Below are positions 37,224 through 47,612 of a DNA stretch of 64,000 bases, piece by piece; the stretch's first letter is position 1, and every line of letters starts with the position of its first letter. A program made the translations under genes and the position numbers. The DNA is from Candidatus Omnitrophota bacterium (GTDB lineage Bacteria; Omnitrophota; Gorgyraeia; Gygaellales; Profunditerraquicolaceae). The stretch covers positions 7,121-71,120 of the forward strand of contig JBAZNT010000008.1 in the NCBI GenBank assembly GCA_041649115.1, read 5' to 3'. The notes below the pieces were generated by a model that saw only the letters and a program-made list of their open reading frames with translations, had not been told where the DNA came from and searched no databases.

Positions 37224-38600
37224 CTACCTCCTTAAGGCAAACTCCAGGGCCTCTGAGAGACGCGAGGCCGGGGTTAACTCTATCGCAGCGTTTTTCTTGT
37301 TTAGATTACGGTAGTTATTCTTCGGGAGTATGCAGTGGCGAAAGCCTAATTTCTCCGCTTCGTTTATCCGCAGGTTAATCTGCGAGACGCTGCGTATCTC
37401 TCCTCCCAGACCAACCTCCCCCAATAATATCATATCGCTTGCCACTGCCTTATCCTGGAACGCCGAAGCCACTGCTGCCGCTACTGCCAGATCCGCGGCA
37501 GGATCATCCACTTCAATGCCCCCTACCACATTAACAAAGATATCCTCCGCCTCAAGCGCCAGCCCCATCCTCTTCTCCAACACTGCTACCAACAGCGCCA
37601 AACGGTTGTAATCAAAGCCCTGGGCGCGCCTGCGTGCATAGCCGAAATTGGTCTTGCTGGCCAGGGCCTGTATCTCCACCAAAAGCGGCCTACTCCCTTC
37701 CACTATCGGCACCACCACCGAACCGGAGGTGTCCCTGGAACGCTCTGACAGGAATATCTCCGAGGGATTATCCACCTCTTTCAGGCCGCTTGCCTCCATC
37801 TCAAAAACTCCTATCTCGTTGGTCGAGCCGAACCTATTCTTGACCGCCCGAAGCATCCGGTAGATAGAAAACCTGTCCCCCTCAAAATAAAGCACGGTGT
37901 CCACAATGTGCTCCAGGACGCGCGGCCCGGCAAGCGTCCCCTCCTTGGTAACGTGGCCGATAATGAAGACCGGGGTGGCGGTGGTCTTAGCCAGCTGGGT
38001 AAGGATACCGGCGCACTCCCTGACCTGGCTGACGCTGCCGGGCGAAGAACTGATGCCCGGCTCAAAAATCACCTGGATGGAGTCTATTACTACCGCAGCC
38101 GGCTTAATCCTGTTTATGTATTCGACGATAAAAGAAAGGTCCGTTTGATTTACGATATAAAGCTTGCCGTCATTGCCGGCTCCGAGGCGCCTGGCCCGGA
38201 GCTTTGTCTGTGCCACCGATTCCTCGCCGCTTACGTAAAGAACGGTCAGCCCCTGCTTCGTAAGCTGGTTGGAAACCTGCAGCGAAATGGTAGATTTGCC
38301 TATCCCGGGGTCTCCTCCTATTAATACTACCGAACCCGGGACAATGCCTCCGCCCAAGACACGGTCAAGCTCCGAGATCCCCGTCTTGATGCGATTTTCT
38401 TCTTTAAACTCTACGTCTTTAAGGAGGACCGGCTCATCCTTGTAAATGGCGCTCCGCTCCTTGCCCTTTGCGGAAGGCGCGGAGTAATCCTCCTCTACGA
38501 AGGAATTCCAATGGTCGCAATCCGGGCACTTCCCCAGCCATTTCGGGGATTGGTAACCGCAGCTTTGACAGGTAAATACGGTCTTGGTCTTAATGCCCAT
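37224..38600 (-). CDS. radA: DNA repair protein RadA/Sms
   Basis: 458 aa: zinc finger CQSCGY..CPDC, Walker [10 protein letters not shown], the KNRFG motif and a Lon-like C-terminal domain. Confidence 0.9.
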   Translation of the reverse strand: MGIKTKTVFTCQSCGYQSPKWLGKCPDCDHWNSFVEEDYSAPSAKGKERSAIYKDEPVLLKDVEFKEENRIKTGISELDRVLGGGIVPGSVVLIGGDPGIGKSTISLQVSNQLTKQGLTVLYVSGEESVAQTKLRARRLGAGNDGKLYIVNQTDLSFIVEYINRIKPAAVVIDSIQVIFEPGISSSPGSVSQVRECAGILTQLAKTTATPVFIIGHVTKEGTLAGPRVLEHIVDTVLYFEGDRFSIYRMLRAVKNRFGSTNEIGVFEMEASGLKEVDNPSEIFLSERSRDTSGSVVVPIVEGSRPLLVEIQALASKTNFGYARRRAQGFDYNRLALLVAVLEKRMGLALEAEDIFVNVVGGIEVDDPAADLAVAAAVASAFQDKAVASDMILLGEVGLGGEIRSVSQINLRINEAEKLGFRHCILPKNNYRNLNKKNAAIELTPASRLSEALEFALRR

Positions 38601-38612
38601 GTTTAAGCCGGA

Positions 38613-39215
38613 CTATCTGGTCTTCCAGAATAATTTCCAGGGATGCTTGCGCAGGTCGCTGCTCATCGCCTCTAAGTTGTTGTAAATGGTATCGTCGTAA
38701 ATGAGTTTTCCAACGGTGCCCTTCTCGTTCTTGACCGCGGATAGCGCATCGTTAACCTGGTCCATGATGCTCTTGGTCATCTTCTCCAGGTAGTGCATCG
38801 GAACGGGGTCATTGCCGGACATTGCCTGTCCCGCCTCCAGGAACCTCTTGGTATCTTCGCCCGGAAGTATCTCGATGTATTTCTCGCCCAACAACCCCAG
38901 GGTATTGACCCAAACGCTGGAATCAATCGGGATGCCTACCTCGTCCTTCACCCAAACCGCTATCTCTACCTTGGTGTGGCCGTCCTGGGACTTGATAAAA
39001 CCTATGGACTTGACCTGGCCGACATCCACTCCGGCGAACCTTACGGGCGCTCCGAGCTTGACGCCGTTTATAAAATTAAAGATAAATTTAACCTTGTACC
39101 CCGAAGACCAGGTCTTGAACCCTCCGATGGAAAGAATAAACGCCATCAAGATTACAATTCCGATAAAAACAAAAACACCCACCTTCAATTCCATCTTAGA
39201 TCTTCCGAATATCAT
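38613..39215 (-). CDS. mlaD: MlaD (MCE-domain) phospholipid transport protein
   Basis: 200 aa with an N-terminal anchor and an MCE domain (GAPVRFAGVDVGQV). Confidence 0.7.
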   Translation of the reverse strand: MIFGRSKMELKVGVFVFIGIVILMAFILSIGGFKTWSSGYKVKFIFNFINGVKLGAPVRFAGVDVGQVKSIGFIKSQDGHTKVEIAVWVKDEVGIPIDSSVWVNTLGLLGEKYIEILPGEDTKRFLEAGQAMSGNDPVPMHYLEKMTKSIMDQVNDALSAVKNEKGTVGKLIYDDTIYNNLEAMSSDLRKHPWKLFWKTR

Positions 39216-39216
39216 C

Positions 39217-40032
39217 TTATCCCTCCGCGTGTATTATCTTGGGGCACTCCAGTCTCTGGGTTTTGTCCCTGACAGTAGGCAGCTCCAGGGTCTCGGTAAT
39301 CGGCCCCTGGGCAAGTCCGTTAACAAACTGGCGCACTACGGGGTGGCCGCTATTCTGTATCTCCTCAGGGGTCCCCTCGGCGATAATCTTACCCTGATAA
39401 AGCATCGCAACCCTATCGGCAATCTTATAGGCGCTCTTCATGTCGTGGGTCACCACGATGGAGATCACCTTTAATTTATCATGCAGCTCCTTGATAAGCT
39501 CGTTGATGCTGTCTGCGGTAATAGGGTCAACCCCGGTGGTCGGCTCATCATAAAGGATAATCTGCGGTTTGATGCAAAGCGCCCTTGCCAGCGATACGCG
39601 CTTCTTCATCCCGCCGCTTAATTCCGAAGGCATGATATTCTCTATCCCGGAAAGCCCCACCATGCTCAAGGACTCCTCTACCCTTTCCCAGAGGTCGCAA
39701 GCCTCCAGATGCTGATGTTCAATAAGACCAAACCCTACGTTTTCCCCTACGGTCAGGGAGTCAAAAAGCGCGCCCCCCTGAAATACCATCCCCATCTTAA
39801 GACGCAGGACATTAAGCTCGTCTTCCTTCATAGCGCTGATGTCGCGGCCGTTGATAATGACCTTGCCGCTGTCCGGCTTCAATATCCCCTCAATGTGCTT
39901 TAATAAGACGCTCTTACCGCATCCGGAGCGGCCGATAATGACGTAGGTCTTACCGTCGGGGATGGTAAGGTTGGCCTTATCCAAAACCCTGAGCTTGTTA
40001 AAACTCTTGCAAAGGTCTATTATCTCTATCAT
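39217..40032 (-). CDS. mlaF: MlaF-type ABC ATPase
   Basis: 271 aa with GRSGCGKS, LSGGMKKRVSLARAL and LYDEPTTGVD motifs. Confidence 0.75.
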   Translation of the reverse strand: MIEIIDLCKSFNKLRVLDKANLTIPDGKTYVIIGRSGCGKSVLLKHIEGILKPDSGKVIINGRDISAMKEDELNVLRLKMGMVFQGGALFDSLTVGENVGFGLIEHQHLEACDLWERVEESLSMVGLSGIENIMPSELSGGMKKRVSLARALCIKPQIILYDEPTTGVDPITADSINELIKELHDKLKVISIVVTHDMKSAYKIADRVAMLYQGKIIAEGTPEEIQNSGHPVVRQFVNGLAQGPITETLELPTVRDKTQRLECPKIIHAEG

Positions 40033-40037
40033 TGCCT

Positions 40038-40826
40038 TTACGGAAAGATAAAATAGAAAAAGGCGGTAAACAGGCAGTCTGCGGCGATAATCAGTATAAA
40101 GGAAGCCACTACCGCCTGCCTGGTGGCCTTGCCGACACCTTCGGCTCCGCCCTCAACATTAAATCCCTCGTAACAACTGACCAGCGCAATAATCATTCCG
40201 AAAAACACGGTCTTAATAAGGCCGCTAAAGAGGTCTTTATACCATAGCGACTCGGTAGTAATCTTAAGGTACATACTGGAGGATATGCCCAGGCGGTAGA
40301 CGCAGATGGCGTAGCCGCCGAATATCCCCACGATGTTAGCGTAAAGGGTAAGTATCGGCAGCATAAAGGTCAGGGCAAGAAAACGCGGCACCACCAGGTA
40401 CTTGATGGGGTTGGTAGCAAATGCCTCCAGGGCATCTATTTGCTCGGTTACCTGCATCGAGCCTATCTCGGCAGTGATGGAAGCGCCTACCCTGCCTGCC
40501 ACCACCAGGGACGTAATTACCGGGCCGAGCTCCCTCACCAGAGACAAAGCCACGATGCTGGCAATATACATCTCAGAACCCAAACGCTGCATCAACACCG
40601 CGGTCTGCAGGGCAAGTATCATTCCGATAAAGAGCCCTATCAGGCTGATAATCGGAAGGCTATCGTAGCCGGTCTTCTTGGCCTGCTCGATTATGCGCTC
40701 TTTCTTGTAGGGGGGCACAAATATCCAGTAAATGGTCTGCCAGGCGAGATTGCTTAAGCCCCCGAAAAAATAGAAAAAGGAGATTATCTTTTTGCCGAAA
40801 TTCGTGAAGAACCTCTCCAGTATCAT
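40038..40826 (-). CDS. mlaE: MlaE-type ABC permease
   Basis: 262 aa, MlaE/YrbE family wording ([27 protein letters not shown]). Confidence 0.75.
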   Translation of the reverse strand: MILERFFTNFGKKIISFFYFFGGLSNLAWQTIYWIFVPPYKKERIIEQAKKTGYDSLPIISLIGLFIGMILALQTAVLMQRLGSEMYIASIVALSLVRELGPVITSLVVAGRVGASITAEIGSMQVTEQIDALEAFATNPIKYLVVPRFLALTFMLPILTLYANIVGIFGGYAICVYRLGISSSMYLKITTESLWYKDLFSGLIKTVFFGMIIALVSCYEGFNVEGGAEGVGKATRQAVVASFILIIAADCLFTAFFYFIFP

Positions 40827-43237
40827 TCGAAGACGAGCTCCTCGTTCTTACGTATAACCTTTACTGCGGCATTAGGCTTGAACTTCTTGGAGATGATATC
40901 CGATGCCAGGGGATCCTCCAGGTAACGCTGGATTATCCTCTTTAAAGGCCGGGCTCCGAATACGGGGTCAAACCCCTTCTCAATCAAAAGGGCCTTGGCT
41001 TCGCTGCTTACCTGGAGACTGATGCCCTGCTCTTTTAATCTCTCCGAGACATAACCTATTTCAATGTCGATAATGCGCTCGAGGTCTTCCTTGACCAGCG
41101 GCCTGAAGACGATGATGTCGTCTATGCGGTTCAAGAATTCAGGCTTAAAGGTGCGCTTAACTTCCTCCAGCAGCTTATCCTTCATGTCCTGGTAAGTAAC
41201 TTCTTCTTTCTGCGCCTTAAAACCGAGCGAGCCGCTCTTGCGCACGAGCTCGGCTCCGACGTTAGAGGTCATAATCACGATGGTGTTTCTAAAATCAACC
41301 TTCCTGCCGAAGCTGTCCGTGAGACGGCCGTCTTCAAAAACCTGCAGCAAGAGGTTAAAGACGTCGGGGTGCGCCTTCTCTATCTCATCCAGCAATATTA
41401 CCGAATAGGGACGCCGGCGCACCTTCTCCGTAAGCTGCCCCCCCTCCTCGTATCCGACATACCCGGGAGGAGCGCCTACCAGGCGCGAGACATTGAACTT
41501 TTCCATATATTCGGACATATCCAATTGCAGAAGGGCGTCTTCGTCGCCAAACATAAACTCCGCCAGGGCGCGTGCCAGAAGGGTCTTGCCTACGCCGGTG
41601 GGGCCCAGGAATATAAAAGAACCAATCGGGCGGCGGGGGTCTTTGATGCCGGCGCGCGACCTGCGCACGGCATGGGCAATAGCGTCAATCGCCTCGTTCT
41701 GGCCGACCACGCGCTTGTGCAGTTCCTCTTCGATCTTTAAAAGCTTCTCCCCTTCCTTCTCTTCCAACCTGAAAATCGGTATGCCCGTCCACTGCGCCAC
41801 AATCCTGGCGATATCCTCCTCGGTCACCTCAGGACGCATCTTATCCTTGGCCTGGGTCCATTCGCGGTTAAGCTGCTCCAGTTCCTGGCGTGCCTGGCGT
41901 TCCTGGTCGCGCAGCGATGCGGCCTTCTCGAAATCCTGGGACTTAATGTAGGCCTCTTTTTCCTTTCTTAAAGACTCAACCTTCTCTTCCAGCTTCTTGA
42001 TGTCCGGAGGCACGATCAGGACGTTAAGCCTTGCGCGCGAGCCGGTTTCGTCGATAAGGTCGATGGCCTTATCCGGCAGGAACCTGCCGGAGATGTAGCG
42101 GTCGGATAATTTGGCGGCTGCCTCAAGGGCTCCGTCGGTAAAACTAACCCGGTGGTGCGCCTCGTACTTATCCCGCAGGCCTTTTAGTATATCGATGGTC
42201 TGCTCAACCGAAGGCGGCTCCACCATAATAGTCTGGAACCTCCTCTCCAGCGCAGCATCCTTTTCGATGTATTTGCGGTATTCGTCAAGGGTAGTGGCGC
42301 CGATACACTGGATCTCACCGCGCGATAACGCGGGCTTTAAGATATTAGAGGCGTCGATGGCGCCCTCTGCCGCGCCCGCGCCTACCAGGGTATGCAGCTC
42401 ATCAATAAAAATAATCACGTCCTGGGAACGCTTGATCTCCTCCATTACGGCCTTGATGCGCTCTTCAAACTGGCCGCGGTATTTGGTGCCTGCGATCATC
42501 AACGCCAGGTCCAGTACCACCAACCGCTTGTTACGCAGGATCTCCGGGACATTACCGCTGACGATGGCCTGTGCCAGCCCCTCTACGATTGCGGTCTTGC
42601 CTACCCCCGCCTCCCCCAGAAGAACGGGATTATTTTTTGTGCGGCGGCTTAAGATCTGTATCACGCGTTCGATTTCATTTAGGCGGTCAATCACGGGATC
42701 AAGCTTATTCTCCTTGGCCAGAGAGGTCAGGCTTCTTCCGAAAGCGTCCAACGCCGGGGTCTTGGTCTTGGCAGGAGCTCCCCCGCCGAATTCCGGGACT
42801 GCCGAACCCAATAATTCCATTACTTCATTCCTGACGGAATTCAGATCCATCCCGAGGTTAAGAAGTACCTGCGAAGCCACGCCTTCGCCTTCGCGGATAA
42901 GGCCTAAAAGGAGGTGCTCGGTGCCGATGTAATTATGCCCCAGCGAACGCGCCTCTTCTGCCGCCAATTCCAGGGCCTTCTTGGCGCGGGGGGTAAAAGG
43001 TATATCCCCGATAATCTGGGTGCTTGGTCCGGGCTGCACCAGCTTCTCAATCTCCAGCCGTATCTTCTCCAAGGAAACCCCCATCTTCTGCAATACCGTA
43101 GCAGCCACGCCTTCGCCTTCGCGGATTAGCCCCAAAAGGATATGCTCGGTGCCGATGTAATCGTGGTTGAAACGCCGCGCCTCCTCTTTGGCTAAGATAA
43201 TGACTTTCCTGGCTCTTTCCGTAAACCTGTTAAACAT
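40823..43237 (-). CDS. clpC: ATP-dependent Clp protease ATP-binding subunit ClpC
   Basis: 804 aa: duplicated Clp_N repeats, two AAA+ modules (GEAGVGKT and GPTGVGKT) and a UVR linker. Preceded by GAGGAGG. Confidence 0.9.
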   Translation of the reverse strand: MFNRFTERARKVIILAKEEARRFNHDYIGTEHILLGLIREGEGVAATVLQKMGVSLEKIRLEIEKLVQPGPSTQIIGDIPFTPRAKKALELAAEEARSLGHNYIGTEHLLLGLIREGEGVASQVLLNLGMDLNSVRNEVMELLGSAVPEFGGGAPAKTKTPALDAFGRSLTSLAKENKLDPVIDRLNEIERVIQILSRRTKNNPVLLGEAGVGKTAIVEGLAQAIVSGNVPEILRNKRLVVLDLALMIAGTKYRGQFEERIKAVMEEIKRSQDVIIFIDELHTLVGAGAAEGAIDASNILKPALSRGEIQCIGATTLDEYRKYIEKDAALERRFQTIMVEPPSVEQTIDILKGLRDKYEAHHRVSFTDGALEAAAKLSDRYISGRFLPDKAIDLIDETGSRARLNVLIVPPDIKKLEEKVESLRKEKEAYIKSQDFEKAASLRDQERQARQELEQLNREWTQAKDKMRPEVTEEDIARIVAQWTGIPIFRLEEKEGEKLLKIEEELHKRVVGQNEAIDAIAHAVRRSRAGIKDPRRPIGSFIFLGPTGVGKTLLARALAEFMFGDEDALLQLDMSEYMEKFNVSRLVGAPPGYVGYEEGGQLTEKVRRRPYSVILLDEIEKAHPDVFNLLLQVFEDGRLTDSFGRKVDFRNTIVIMTSNVGAELVRKSGSLGFKAQKEEVTYQDMKDKLLEEVKRTFKPEFLNRIDDIIVFRPLVKEDLERIIDIEIGYVSERLKEQGISLQVSSEAKALLIEKGFDPVFGARPLKRIIQRYLEDPLASDIISKKFKPNAAVKVIRKNEELVFE

Positions 43238-43257
43238 CTTTCCTCCTCAGCGTAATA

Positions 43258-44307
43258 TTATATTTTTAATTTATTCCGTATAATCTCCGCCCGCTTGATA
43301 TCGCGCTCCTGGGTGGATAATTTGTTGTTCTCAATCTTCTGCAGGTGCGCCGGCTGCGTGACGATAAAGAGCTCGTTTAAGCTGCGGCGGTCGATATCCT
43401 TGAGCATCCCCACATCCAGCCCCAGCCTCACCATCGAAAGCAGCTCTATGGTCTCCTGGCTTGAGATTATGCGCGCATTCTTAAGTATGCCGAAACTGCG
43501 GCTGATGCGGTCCTCCAGGAACGGGCGGCTGCGCGAAAGCAGGGACTGCCGCGCCTGGCTCTCCTGCTCGATAATCTGGCGGATGAGGCCGTTTAAATTC
43601 TCCAGGATATCTCCTTCGCTGATTCCTAAAGAAACCTGGTTGGAGATCTGGAAGAAATTCCCGCTGGCCTGGGTGCCTTCGCCGTATAAGCCGCGGCTGG
43701 TAAAACTCAGCTTTGATATTGCGGCCAATACCCGGCTGATCTGGTTAGACATCACCAGGGCCGGCAGGTGCAGCATCACCGAACCGCGCATGCCGGTACC
43801 GGTATTGGTGGGGCAGGCGGTCAGGTACCCCAGCTCCGGAGAAAACGCAAACTGCACCTCCTTGGAGAGGGAGTCATCGATAGCATTAACGATATCCCAT
43901 GCCTCAAAGAGATTAAAACCGGACTGCATCACCTGGATCCTAAGGTGGTCCTCTTCGTTAACCATGATGGAGATAATCTCTTTGCTGTCAACAATCACAG
44001 CCTTGCCTTCCTTTTTCTGGGCATGTTCGTGGGACATCAGGTGCCTCTCTACGAGGAACTGGATATCCAGCGCATCGAGGTTAATCAACTCAAATACCGA
44101 GGTGCCCTTGAGGTAATCGACCTTGCCCCTGGCCTCTTCAATAACCTTCAAGACCTCCTGGCTCTGTTTTTTGCTAGCCCAGTGCGGGAAAGGCATCTTC
44201 TGGAGATTACGCGCCAGCCGGATTCGGCTGGAGATGACGATATCCGAATTAGGGCCGCTGCCCTTAAGCCACTCGCTCGTACTCTTCAAAAGGTCATTAA
44301 GCTGCAC
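43258..44307 (-). CDS. mcsB: Protein arginine kinase McsB
   Basis: Phosphagen-kinase-like domain (SSRIRLARN, CPTNTGTGMR). Start placed at GTG 44307, 6 nt after GGGGAG; the ORF-track start at 44406 would overlap mcsA by 110 nt. Confidence 0.8.
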   Translation of the reverse strand: MQLNDLLKSTSEWLKGSGPNSDIVISSRIRLARNLQKMPFPHWASKKQSQEVLKVIEEARGKVDYLKGTSVFELINLDALDIQFLVERHLMSHEHAQKKEGKAVIVDSKEIISIMVNEEDHLRIQVMQSGFNLFEAWDIVNAIDDSLSKEVQFAFSPELGYLTACPTNTGTGMRGSVMLHLPALVMSNQISRVLAAISKLSFTSRGLYGEGTQASGNFFQISNQVSLGISEGDILENLNGLIRQIIEQESQARQSLLSRSRPFLEDRISRSFGILKNARIISSQETIELLSMVRLGLDVGMLKDIDRRSLNELFIVTQPAHLQKIENNKLSTQERDIKRAEIIRNKLKI

Positions 44308-44830
44308 TGTTGTCTCCCCTGTCAGCCGGCGGCTGCTTCCTTTCCAGTTCACGGATCTGGTCGCGCAACCTGGCTGCCTCTTCAAAGGCCTCGCCTTCAA
44401 TGGCACGCTGCAGCTTTTCCTTTAAGGCAGCGACTTCGGAAATCTTCTCTTTTTTCTTCTGCGTCTTAGCAAAACCAAGCGGCGACTTTCCGATGTGCTG
44501 GGTTGCGCCGTGGATTCTCTTTAAAAGCGGTATAAGGTATTTGCTGAAAGTGCCGTAGCAGTCTCCGCAGCCGAGCCTGCCGATCTTGCGGAAGTCGGTA
44601 TAAGTGAGTCCGCAATTTGGGCATTTGAGCGCCAGGCCTTCCTTCTGGAGAGCGGGTTTCTCAAACTCCGCCATCCCGGCCAGTAGATCGCTCAGCCCGA
44701 ACTGCTGCTCCATCTGAGCGCTTTTCTTATGGGCGCATTCCTCGCAGAGATGAAGCTCCGTCATCTGCTCGTCAATAATCTCGGTGAGGTGCACCGTGGC
44801 CTGGTTTTTACCGCAGATATCGCAAAGCAT
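44297..44830 (-). CDS. mcsA: McsA-like protein (zinc fingers plus UVR motif), activator of McsB
   Basis: 177 aa with CDICG, CEEC, CPNCG and CGDC cysteine pairs and a C-terminal UVR motif (EEAARLRDQIRELE). Confidence 0.75.
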   Translation of the reverse strand: MLCDICGKNQATVHLTEIIDEQMTELHLCEECAHKKSAQMEQQFGLSDLLAGMAEFEKPALQKEGLALKCPNCGLTYTDFRKIGRLGCGDCYGTFSKYLIPLLKRIHGATQHIGKSPLGFAKTQKKKEKISEVAALKEKLQRAIEGEAFEEAARLRDQIRELERKQPPADRGDNSAA

Positions 44831-45700
44831 CTAATACTTCAACCCTTCCTTGCGGGTCGCCTCCCTGAATTTCTTCATGAGCGCCAGCGTAATCCTGCCG
44901 GGCTTTCCTTCGCCGATCAGACGGCCGTCCACCCTGACCACCGGGATAATCTCTGCTGCCGTACCGGTCAGAAAACACTCATCGGAAATAAAAAGCTCGT
45001 GGCGCGTAAAGACGTGCTCGTGCACCTTAATCCCCAGTTTCCTGGCGATCTCAAGCACCGTATCGCGCGTAACGCCTCTTAGCGCTCCCATGCATTCCGG
45101 CGGGGTATAAAGCTCGCCCTTACTGATAATAAAAATATTATCTCCGGTGCACTCCGCAACATACCCCTGGTCATTAAGCATCAGCGCCTCTTCATATCCC
45201 GAGTTGTGGGCCTCAATCTTGGCCATAATGTTATTAAGATAATTCAGGGACTTTATCTGGGGGTTGAGCGCCTCGTGGGCGTTCCTGGCAGTAGCTACCG
45301 TAATGATATCCATCCCTTCGCGGTAGAGTTTATCGGGATAGAGGGTAATCTTATCCGCAATGATAACCACGGTCTCCTTGCCCTTGCACTTGCGCGGGTC
45401 AAGACCGAGGTCTCCCTCGCCGCGGCTGACAATCAGGCGCACATAGGCGTTCTCTAACTTGTTCTCCTTGAGTGTCCTGATCATCGCCTGGGCAATCTGG
45501 TCCTTTGACATCGGGATCTTAAGCATGATGCTGTGCGCCGACTCATAGAGCCGCTCGATATGCTCCCAGGCCTTGAAGATAAGCCGCTCGTACACCCGGA
45601 TGCCCTCAAAGACGCCGTCCCCGTACAAAAATCCGTGGTCGAAAACCGAAATCTTGGCGTCGTTTTTCTCGAAAAACTTTCCGTTGATGTAGACCTTCAT
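44831..45700 (-). CDS. ilvE: Class IV aminotransferase (branched-chain amino acid aminotransferase)
   Basis: 289 aa with the motifs VFDHGFLYGDGVFEGIR and the catalytic-region GVTR. Confidence 0.75.
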   Translation of the reverse strand: MKVYINGKFFEKNDAKISVFDHGFLYGDGVFEGIRVYERLIFKAWEHIERLYESAHSIMLKIPMSKDQIAQAMIRTLKENKLENAYVRLIVSRGEGDLGLDPRKCKGKETVVIIADKITLYPDKLYREGMDIITVATARNAHEALNPQIKSLNYLNNIMAKIEAHNSGYEEALMLNDQGYVAECTGDNIFIISKGELYTPPECMGALRGVTRDTVLEIARKLGIKVHEHVFTRHELFISDECFLTGTAAEIIPVVRVDGRLIGEGKPGRITLALMKKFREATRKEGLKY

Positions 45701-45704
45701 GCCA

Positions 45705-46412
45705 TTACCCTCCCTGATTATTCCTTAATAATCCGTCTTTTAAATAATAGACCGTGTCTGCGATGCGGGCCAACTCAAGGTTATGCGTTACCATCACTAC
45801 CGTCATCTTCTCCTGGCGGTTGATATTCTTTATCAGCGACATAACGGCCTCTCCGCTTACGGAATCCAGGTTGCCGGTAGGCTCATCGCACAAGAGGAGA
45901 TGCGGATTGTTCATCAGCGCCCGCACAATTGCCACCCGTTGCTGCTCTCCTCCGGATAATTGCGAAGGAAAATGCCCGAGCCTGGCCTCCAGGCCTGCCA
46001 TGCCCAAGAGCCCGACGGCCTTATCCCTTAGGCTGCCCTCGCCGGACCCCTCCTCAAGCATCGCCTTTTTGTAACCGAGGTTAATCCATACAGGCATAAG
46101 GACATTCTCCAGAACCGTGAATTCCGGCAGGAGATGGTAAAACTGAAAAACAAAACCTATCCTTTCGTTGCGCATGCGCGATAACGCAAAATCGCTTAAG
46201 GAATAAATATCCTCCCCCTCCAAGAATACCTTTCCTTCGCTGGGGCTATCTATCCCCCCTAGTATATTAAGGAGCGTGGATTTTCCCGCTCCCGAAGGTC
46301 CGGCGACCACCACAAAGCTCCCGGAGGCGACCTTGAAATCTATGCCTTTGAGTACCCGGATATCCTTCTTGCCGTGGTTGTAAACCTTATGTAGATTTCT
46401 GGATTCTAACAC
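45705..46412 (-). CDS. lolD: Lipoprotein-releasing system ATP-binding protein LolD-like
   Basis: 235 aa with GPSGAGKST, LSGGEQQRVAIVRAL and [10 protein letters not shown] motifs. Adjacent to a LolC/E-type permease. Confidence 0.7.
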   Translation of the reverse strand: MLESRNLHKVYNHGKKDIRVLKGIDFKVASGSFVVVAGPSGAGKSTLLNILGGIDSPSEGKVFLEGEDIYSLSDFALSRMRNERIGFVFQFYHLLPEFTVLENVLMPVWINLGYKKAMLEEGSGEGSLRDKAVGLLGMAGLEARLGHFPSQLSGGEQQRVAIVRALMNNPHLLLCDEPTGNLDSVSGEAVMSLIKNINRQEKMTVVMVTHNLELARIADTVYYLKDGLLRNNQGG

Positions 46413-46421
46413 GCCTATTAC

Positions 46422-47612
46422 TTACTCGTACCTTAATGCCTCGACCGGCCTAAGCCCCGCGGCCTTGACAGCGGGATAAACCGTAGAGGCCAAAGTGATA
46501 ATAATCGCCGCCATCACGATCAGGGCGATGTCGGGCCACACCTGTATTGCCACCGGCAATCTCTCGATATAATAGATGTCCTGCGGCAGTTTTATGAATT
46601 GATATTTCTTAAGCAGCGCGCACAGCGCTATTCCTATCAAGGCGCCCGATAAGGTCCCCAGCGTTCCGATTAGCAGCCCCTGGTAAACGAATATCCTCCT
46701 GATGCCGGACTGCGGCATGCCGATGGCCTTGAGGATACCGATATCCTTGGTCTTCTCTACCACCATCACAATCAGGGTGCTGATGATATTAAAAGACGCC
46801 ACCAGCACTATTAAAGTCAGGATGACAAACATGGTTAGCTTCTCAAGTTTAAGCGCCGCGAAGAAGTTACGGTTCGCCTCGCTCCAGGTACTGAAGGCAT
46901 ACTCCCTCCCCAGCGAAGCCGCCAGAAGGCGTTTTACCTTCTGGGCCAGATAAAGATTATCGAGCTTGACCGCTACTGCGCTGACCTTGTCTCCCAGGCC
47001 CAATATCTCCTGGCCGGTCTTAAGGTTTACGAAACTGAGGTTCATATCATAATCGTACATCCCGGAATTGAATATTCCGACTACTCTAAGGTTATACTGC
47101 CTGCCGAGAGGGGAATAAATATTCAGATTTGAATTTAAGCCTACCCCCAGGTATAAAGCCAGCTCCTTGCCGAGAATGACGGTGCCGTCCGCAAGATTCT
47201 CAATATTGCCCTGCCACATATAGCGGCTGAGGCGGGTAACGTTTTTCTCGGTAGCAGGGTTAACCCCCCTGACGCCCACCGCGAATAAACGCTCGCCTTC
47301 CCTTACAAGCATCTGCCCCTGCACATAGGGGCTAAACCCCCTGACGTGCGGCTGAGCGTTTAATTCCTCCCCTATCCGGTTATAGCCGGCAGGGTCAATC
47401 CCCTGATAAGCGGCAATGGTAATATGGGAATAATTACCGACGATCTTGTCGCGCAGGTCGCGGTCAAAACCGCTCATCACCGCCAATACTACAATCAATG
47501 CCGCCACGCCTATGGCAACCCCCAGTATGGAGATAACGCTGATGAGAGAGATAAATTTTTCTTTTCTTCTTGTCGCCAGGTAACGCCAGGCTATCAACAA
47601 CTCTGCCTTCAT
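46422..47612 (-). CDS. lolC: Lipoprotein-releasing system permease LolC/E-like
   Basis: 396 aa with an FtsX-family C-terminal domain and a periplasmic MacB-like domain. Starts AWRYL..RRKE. Confidence 0.7.
   Translation of the reverse strand: MKAELLIAWRYLATRRKEKFISLISVISILGVAIGVAALIVVLAVMSGFDRDLRDKIVGNYSHITIAAYQGIDPAGYNRIGEELNAQPHVRGFSPYVQGQMLVREGERLFAVGVRGVNPATEKNVTRLSRYMWQGNIENLADGTVILGKELALYLGVGLNSNLNIYSPLGRQYNLRVVGIFNSGMYDYDMNLSFVNLKTGQEILGLGDKVSAVAVKLDNLYLAQKVKRLLAASLGREYAFSTWSEANRNFFAALKLEKLTMFVILTLIVLVASFNIISTLIVMVVEKTKDIGILKAIGMPQSGIRRIFVYQGLLIGTLGTLSGALIGIALCALLKKYQFIKLPQDIYYIERLPVAIQVWPDIALIVMAAIIITLASTVYPAVKAAGLRPVEALRYE

Noticed and set aside
42111-42932. 273-aa plus-strand ORF
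   Set aside because: It is antisense to clpC and Ser/Arg/Pro-rich with no motifs. The same reasoning applies to the other plus-strand ORFs inside clpC (41369-41740, 41493-41951, 42392-42652, 42571-42834).
43295-44469. Two long plus-strand ORFs (43295-44116, 273 aa; 43768-44469, 233 aa)
   Set aside because: Both are antisense to mcsB/mcsA, which carry clear phosphagen-kinase and UVR/zinc-finger motifs. There is no independent support for either.
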